This document shows positions 58,952 to 64,000 of a DNA stretch of 64,000 bases, in pieces (position 1 is the first letter of the stretch; each line of letters begins with the position of its first letter). Position numbers and translations under genes: made by a program. Source of the DNA: Candidatus Tayloriibacteriota bacterium (GTDB taxonomy: Bacteria > Patescibacteriota > Minisyncoccia > Phycocordibacterales > CAIZLB01). Location of the stretch: assembly GCA_018883165.1 (NCBI GenBank), contig VEQN01000003.1:9721-73720 (forward strand), read 5' to 3'. The notes under the pieces were generated by a model. The model made no database searches and had not been told where the DNA came from. It saw nothing but the letters and a program-made list of their open reading frames with translations.

Positions 58952-60688
58952 CTACTGTAAGTATTCTGACGCGTAGACCTCCATCCACCTCATCCATTCC
59001 AAGACCGCAGGGGAAGCTCCAACAGTAGCCGTGTGTGGACCCTTCTCCAACAAAAGCGCAAAAGCATATCTTGGTTTTTCATATGGAAAGAAACCAACAG
59101 CCCAAGAGTTTATGAATTTTTTCGAGATACCAAGCTGTGCGGTACCAGTTTTTCCCGCAATCTTCACTGAAGGAATATTCACCGCTTGCATTGTTCCATT
59201 AGTAACCGTTAATCTCATACCCTCTCTAATAATCTTAAACCACTGCTCTGCACCCGGTTTTGTTGCAACAGAAACCTTTTCTGCCACCTCTCTTGCTTTG
59301 ATGATTCCCTTTTGAATTAACTCATCTTCTTTTTCTTTTTTCAAAACCGTTGGGACCACCAATGTTCCACCATTTGCGATTGCAGCTGTTGCACGTGCCG
59401 CTTGTATTGGTGTCACCTGAAATCCATATTGCCCAATCACGGTGTTGTATGTATCTCCTACTCGCCAGATGTCACCTTTGAAATTCTGTTTCTTCCATTC
59501 AGGTGTCGGTATTACACCTTTTCTTCCAGTGAAGAAGTTGTTTGGGATATCGAGACCAAATCCAAACATTTGTGCATATTGATCGAGTAGATCAATACCT
59601 AGACCCTTCTGACTCTGAAAACCTCCACCAATTTGATAGAAATACACGTCTGAGGAAACAGCGATTGCTTCCCTCATATCCGTGTATCCATGAGCTTTCC
59701 AGTCTTTAAACACGGTGTATTCACCAGGACGATATGGATTAGGTACACGCATTTCGCCTGTACTTTCAATTTTCTTTTCTGGACCAATGACACCTTCAGC
59801 AAGTGCTGCTAATGCAAATATTGGTTTAAGAATGGATCCTGGCGTATATAGACCAGATGAGACACGATCAAGAAACGGATTATTGTCATTTGATAGATAT
59901 GACTTAATCTTTTGTACATCTTTACCGGAGGTCATAACATTCGAGTCATACTCAGGAAATGATACACTCGCAAGCACTTCACCAGTATGTACATCAAGTA
60001 CTACACCGGCACCACCTTGAAATCCAGACCTCCTCGATATTTCTTGTATAGCTCCAAACAATGCTTTCTGAACTCCTGCATGTATTGAGAGTTGAATATT
60101 CTCACCTTTAACAGCGGGTCTAACCGTACTTTGAGAGAGAGTCTTCCCGAGCGCATCAGTTTCTGTAATCTTCAAACCATTTTGACCAGTAAGTGCATCG
60201 TTGTAATATTTTTCAACACCATCAGCTCCTGCATACTCGGTATTGTAATAGAATCCAAACTTATCTTTCTTTGGATATTTTACATACCCTATGAGGTTAT
60301 GGAGTCCAGGTTCGTTGGTATATGACCTCAATGAGAATTCATTCTGGTTTGGATCAATATCATTCCAAGCAAGAAGTGTCCCTTCCCTGTCTTGAATAGC
60401 GCCACGCTCAGAAAAAACTAAACTATGATGCAGACGATTGTTTTCTGATATCTCTTTGTATTTTTTTCCATCCACCAATTGTAAATTTCCAATCTGGAGG
60501 GTAAACAACACGCCAACAAGTGCAAAGAACATTGCAGCTACCAATATTGTACTGTGTGAAATTGGCTTTTCAATTTGTCCCTCAAATTGATCAGTGTCAA
60601 ACTCAGGCAAGTTTGAAGAATCGAGGAATATTTCATCTGGAGCGATCTCTCGTGAGATGCGCACATATGTTCTCCTTCTGAAAATCAT
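58952..60688 (-). CDS. mrdA: Class B penicillin-binding protein 2
   Basis: RGAI.DR.G, YTPGSILK, SSDVYFY, IGQ, KTGTAQ; lies downstream of mreBCD. Confidence 0.92.
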   Translation of the reverse strand: MIFRRRTYVRISREIAPDEIFLDSSNLPEFDTDQFEGQIEKPISHSTILVAAMFFALVGVLFTLQIGNLQLVDGKKYKEISENNRLHHSLVFSERGAIQDREGTLLAWNDIDPNQNEFSLRSYTNEPGLHNLIGYVKYPKKDKFGFYYNTEYAGADGVEKYYNDALTGQNGLKITETDALGKTLSQSTVRPAVKGENIQLSIHAGVQKALFGAIQEISRRSGFQGGAGVVLDVHTGEVLASVSFPEYDSNVMTSGKDVQKIKSYLSNDNNPFLDRVSSGLYTPGSILKPIFALAALAEGVIGPEKKIESTGEMRVPNPYRPGEYTVFKDWKAHGYTDMREAIAVSSDVYFYQIGGGFQSQKGLGIDLLDQYAQMFGFGLDIPNNFFTGRKGVIPTPEWKKQNFKGDIWRVGDTYNTVIGQYGFQVTPIQAARATAAIANGGTLVVPTVLKKEKEDELIQKGIIKAREVAEKVSVATKPGAEQWFKIIREGMRLTVTNGTMQAVNIPSVKIAGKTGTAQLGISKKFINSWAVGFFPYEKPRYAFALLLEKGPHTATVGASPAVLEWMRWMEVYASEYLQ

Positions 60689-60689
60689 A

Positions 60690-60968
60690 CTAGAATCTTA
60701 CCCGTTTTTTAACGAGATGCAAAACAATCAGGATAATTCCTGTAGACGCAGTTATGGGTAGTGGAAACTCAGAACCAAAGATTGTACTGAAATTTGTACT
60801 TCGATACATAATATCAAACAATAAACCAATAAGGATGAACTCGTAGTATGTATAGTGCCAAGAGGCAATGATTGCACAAAGAAATACTATGTACCACGGT
60901 ATGAATGGTAGAAAAAGTATTGCACCAAAAATCCCAATATTAACGTATATTCTTTTTGACTTGGACAT
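60690..60968 (-). CDS. Small membrane protein in the MreD position
   Basis: Hydrophobic 92-aa ORF between mreC and mrdA, with GLLFDI. Confidence 0.6.
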   Translation of the reverse strand: MSKSKRIYVNIGIFGAILFLPFIPWYIVFLCAIIASWHYTYYEFILIGLLFDIMYRSTNFSTIFGSEFPLPITASTGIILIVLHLVKKRVRF

Positions 60969-61740
60969 AATGTAATGAATAGAGTAAGACTGGCATTCTA
61001 AAGTATACATGTGAGTACGCATCGCCATCATCAGAATCAACTCGCTCTGCAGTTCCTAATACCTTACTCTTTATACCCGACACAATGATTTGATCACCTT
61101 CCTCAACATCAATATTTTTTGGCACTTTAATATAGAAATTACCAGACCCTCTTCCTTCAGCAACCACCGGCATGGTACTTGAACCGAGAAGTACATCAAA
61201 CTTTTGATCAGGTGCTGAGTAGAGCTTTACTACAGCTGTACTTTTAAGTACCTCAACAATCATACCGATGACATAGTCCCGTTCAGCATATACAACATCC
61301 CCAACAACCAATCCCTCATCTTCTCCGATATCAATGAGAAGTGAATCGTACGGAGTTCTGGGTGGTCTTGCGAGAATCACTCCAAGAACCAATGAACTAC
61401 CTGGTGTATTAAATACCTTCTTCGCCTCTACGATCCTGGTTGTTGAAGCGGTTGTAGTACCAAAAACATCATATTCATCAACCACCGTATCCCTTCCTAA
61501 TAGTTGCTTCAACGAAGCATTTTCTCTTTTCAAATCTTTAATCAAAGAATTCTCAGACATTGGCCTTATTGGATCTTGGTAATAACCAAAGAACGTTGCT
61601 ACACCTTTTTGCATTGCATGTATTGAATATGCAAGCATGTTTCCAAATAGTAGGTAGACAATGTATGCGGCAATGAATAATCCAATGATCTTATACACGC
61701 CACCGTCTTTTTTTCTCCTATCGCGTAACTGGTAATTCAT
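60940..61740 (-). CDS. mreC: Rod shape-determining protein MreC
   Basis: TM helix, LKRENASLK.LL, ID.G...G...GD.V; follows mreB. Confidence 0.9.
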   Translation of the reverse strand: MNYQLRDRRKKDGGVYKIIGLFIAAYIVYLLFGNMLAYSIHAMQKGVATFFGYYQDPIRPMSENSLIKDLKRENASLKQLLGRDTVVDEYDVFGTTTASTTRIVEAKKVFNTPGSSLVLGVILARPPRTPYDSLLIDIGEDEGLVVGDVVYAERDYVIGMIVEVLKSTAVVKLYSAPDQKFDVLLGSSTMPVVAEGRGSGNFYIKVPKNIDVEEGDQIIVSGIKSKVLGTAERVDSDDGDAYSHVYFRMPVLLYSLHYVQVKKNIR

Positions 61741-62782
61741 TTTCGTTTTGGATTAACATATCTTCAAACTTTTCTAATTCCTCCAAAATCACACCCGCAC
61801 CTCTTGCAACAGCGGTGAGCGGATCATCAGCCACATACACAGGAATACCTACATATTCTGTCAGTACTTCAGGTAGTCCTCTAATGAGCGCTCCACCCCC
61901 TGTGAGATATATACCATTTCGCATTACATCAGCAAGAATTTCTGGAGGAGTGGTCTCTAATACCTCTTTAACAGAATCAAGAAGTGTATCGATTGACGGA
62001 CCAATTGCTTCTCGAATATCTGAATCCGTAACAACCACTTCTCTTGGAAGACCTGTCACCAAGTCTCTTCCACGAATCGCGGCCTCCAGTGGTGGAGTAC
62101 ATGGTACAACACTTGCAATCTGGATCTTTACTTCTTCAGCAGTCTTTTCTCCAATCAGAATTTTAAACTCATTTCGGATGTACGACATGATGTCATTGTT
62201 AAGTTTGTCTCCTGCAACCTTAAGGTTTTTCGCTCGTACAATTCCACCAAGTGAAATAACTGCGATATCAGTTGTTCCTCCACCAATATCAATGACCATA
62301 CTTCCAGTTGCTTCGCGCACAGGAAGTCTAATACCAATTGCAGCCGACATTGGTTCTTCAACAATATGTACTTCTCGTGCACCAGCGTTCTTTGCAGCAT
62401 CTCTCACCGCTCGCCTTTCAACGTTTGTAACACCATATGGCACACCAACAACAACTTTAGGGCCGAGCATCTTCTTTGAGATTCCCTCTGCTTTCTTAAT
62501 GAGATATGAAAGCATTTCTTCAGTAATTTCGAAATCTGAAATTACACCATCAACAAGTGGTCTCACAGCAACAATATGTCCCGGTGTTCTCCCAAGCATT
62601 GCTTTTGCTTGAGAACCTACCGCAACCACTCTTCCAGTCTTTTGGTTTACAGCAACTACAGATGGTTCATTAATGACCACACCTTTTCCCGAAACATACA
62701 CAAGCGTATTCGCTGTACCGAGATCGATACCAATGTCGTTTGAGGTTGCTTTTAGGAATTTATGCTTTAGTTTCTTATACAT
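61718..62782 (-). CDS. mreB: Rod shape-determining protein MreB
   Basis: IGIDLGTANT, EPSVVA, RPL.DGVI.DF, DIGGGTT, LTGGGA. ATG 62782 chosen as start. Confidence 0.97.
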   Translation of the reverse strand: MYKKLKHKFLKATSNDIGIDLGTANTLVYVSGKGVVINEPSVVAVNQKTGRVVAVGSQAKAMLGRTPGHIVAVRPLVDGVISDFEITEEMLSYLIKKAEGISKKMLGPKVVVGVPYGVTNVERRAVRDAAKNAGAREVHIVEEPMSAAIGIRLPVREATGSMVIDIGGGTTDIAVISLGGIVRAKNLKVAGDKLNNDIMSYIRNEFKILIGEKTAEEVKIQIASVVPCTPPLEAAIRGRDLVTGLPREVVVTDSDIREAIGPSIDTLLDSVKEVLETTPPEILADVMRNGIYLTGGGALIRGLPEVLTEYVGIPVYVADDPLTAVARGAGVILEELEKFEDMLIQNENELPVTR

Positions 62783-62895
62783 ATTTCTTCTACATTCCAG
62801 AGGAATATCGTGGACGTATTGTACACCAAAATGAGCTTTTTGTGATATTCTAATATTAGCCAACAAAACATCGATCTTTGGCAAGATTTCAGCCT

Positions 62896-63030
62896 ATGGA
62901 ACCTACATTCCTTATTGGTATCATCACCCTATTACTCACCGGAAACACGCTGATGCATCTGTGTGTTGAAATGACACCCGACAGCATCACCGCTGAGAGT
63001 CCGTGGGAAAATGGATATCGGTGGAGTTAA
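62896..63030 (+). CDS. Candidate 44-aa small membrane protein (not in the ORF track)
   Basis: MEPTFLIGIITLLLTGNTLMHLCVEMTPDSITAESPWENGYRWS*, followed by a hairpin at 63055-63077. Confidence 0.4.
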   Translation: MEPTFLIGIITLLLTGNTLMHLCVEMTPDSITAESPWENGYRWS

Positions 63031-63054
63031 CCCCACAAATATCCTAAGAGTACG

Positions 63055-63077
63055 GCAGGGCTCAACACGAGCCCTGC
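63055..63077. terminator. Hairpin or terminator downstream of rseP
   Basis: GCAGGGCTC-AACAC-GAGCCCTGC perfect stem. Confidence 0.65.
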
Positions 63078-63084
63078 TATCTAT

Positions 63085-63999
63085 TTAATTAAACAATGTA
63101 GACACATCCTTCACAGTAACCACTATCATGAGTGTGATGAGAAGAATGAATCCGATTGCATTCACCCACTGTATAATTTTTGGATTTAATTCTCTTCGAA
63201 GTATTCCTTCAATGATGACAACCACCAAGCGTCCACCATCAAGAGCTGGAAATGGCACCATGTTAATCACTGCAAGATTCGCCGAGATCACTGCGGCCAT
63301 TACAAGAAGTGATGCGAAGCCAATCTTTGCAGATTCACCAACGGCACCTGCAATACCCACAGGACCACTCACTTGCTGAAGACTTGCCTGACCTGTGACT
63401 ACATTCTTAAGAAATTCATAGAGACCAGTGGCAACATTGTATGTTAGATGATATGTCTGACGTGCCCCATAGTAGAAAGATTCAAAAAATCCTGCTTTAA
63501 CCGTTGCTACCATATCCATTGATATACCTACCGCTTTTTTTCCTGGTACCAACCCTTCAGCAGGAGTAGCCACGATTTGTCGAACAACGTACCCATCATC
63601 AGTAGTCGAAGTTGCACTGAATTGTCGTACGTTAAATGTGACCTTGTTCTTCGCACTAGCAATCGCTTTTTGTGCTGATTCAACAGAAAGTGTGCTTGTA
63701 GCAAGCAATACTTCTGCGTTTGTTATCAAAAGAATTTCATCACCACTCTTAAGTCCAGCTTTCTCTGCAGGACTTCCTGGTGATACCATGATTACAGTAA
63801 GTACAGGGTCGTGTACGATATCTTTTGGCATTGCATTATATGATGCTTTCGTACCCAAAAAGAGTGAGAATGAAAGAAGAAGCCATGCAAAGATGACATT
63901 GAATGTTACACCCGCAACAAGTACGATCCCTTGCTGCCATCTATTTTTTGAAAGAATACTATCTGGTGTTCTCTCGTCATCTGGTCCTTCACCATATAT
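63085..63999 (-). CDS. rseP: RIP metalloprotease RseP (M50, PDZ), 5'-truncated by the window edge
   Basis: The frame is open to the window end (IYGE...AGVTFN); PDZ SPAEKAGL, SGPVGI, N..PFPALDGG. Confidence 0.93.
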   Translation of the reverse strand: MYGEGPDDERTPDSILSKNRWQQGIVLVAGVTFNVIFAWLLLSFSLFLGTKASYNAMPKDIVHDPVLTVIMVSPGSPAEKAGLKSGDEILLITNAEVLLATSTLSVESAQKAIASAKNKVTFNVRQFSATSTTDDGYVVRQIVATPAEGLVPGKKAVGISMDMVATVKAGFFESFYYGARQTYHLTYNVATGLYEFLKNVVTGQASLQQVSGPVGIAGAVGESAKIGFASLLVMAAVISANLAVINMVPFPALDGGRLVVVIIEGILRRELNPKIIQWVNAIGFILLITLMIVVTVKDVSTLFN

Positions 64000-64000
64000 C

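Noticed and set aside
1-64000. CRISPR arrays, IS elements, integrases, rRNA, alternative genetic code
   Set aside because: None seen. Conserved genes translate full length, and TGA terminates some ORFs, consistent with code 11.

Overview
This is a 64-kb chromosomal segment of a low-GC, reduced-genome bacterium, most likely Patescibacteria/CPR (Parcubacteria-like). That call rests on a short L13, an AspRS without the GAD insert, CPR-type membrane proteins and almost no Shine-Dalgarno sites. Core content: the infA-rpmJ-rpsM-rpsK-rpsD-rpoA-rplQ-rplM-rpsI cluster, grpE-dnaK-dnaJ, five aminoacyl-tRNA synthetases, scpA/scpB, cell-wall and division genes (dac, mraY, ftsW, murG, M23, mraZ-rsmH-ftsL-ftsI, mreBCD-mrdA), lexA plus a Y-family polymerase, dnaB-recR and tRNA-Glu(CUC). 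I saw no CRISPR array, transposase, integrase or prophage. The notable items are: (1) three unassigned structured non-coding transcription units, each with its own promoter and terminator (6603-6845, 6882-7021, and 56272-56701 on the minus strand); (2) a lipid-modifying cluster of a His-box fatty-acid hydroxylase, PlsC and an acyl-ACP-reductase-like protein overlapping a 7TM histidine kinase, which resembles a split CER1/CER3; (3) an ALG10/DIE2-like GT-C glucosyltransferase of eukaryotic type; (4) widespread leaderless-type promoters; and (5) self-contained accessory gene cassettes sharing a CAACACCC leader motif. All calls come from reading motifs by eye; no searches were run.
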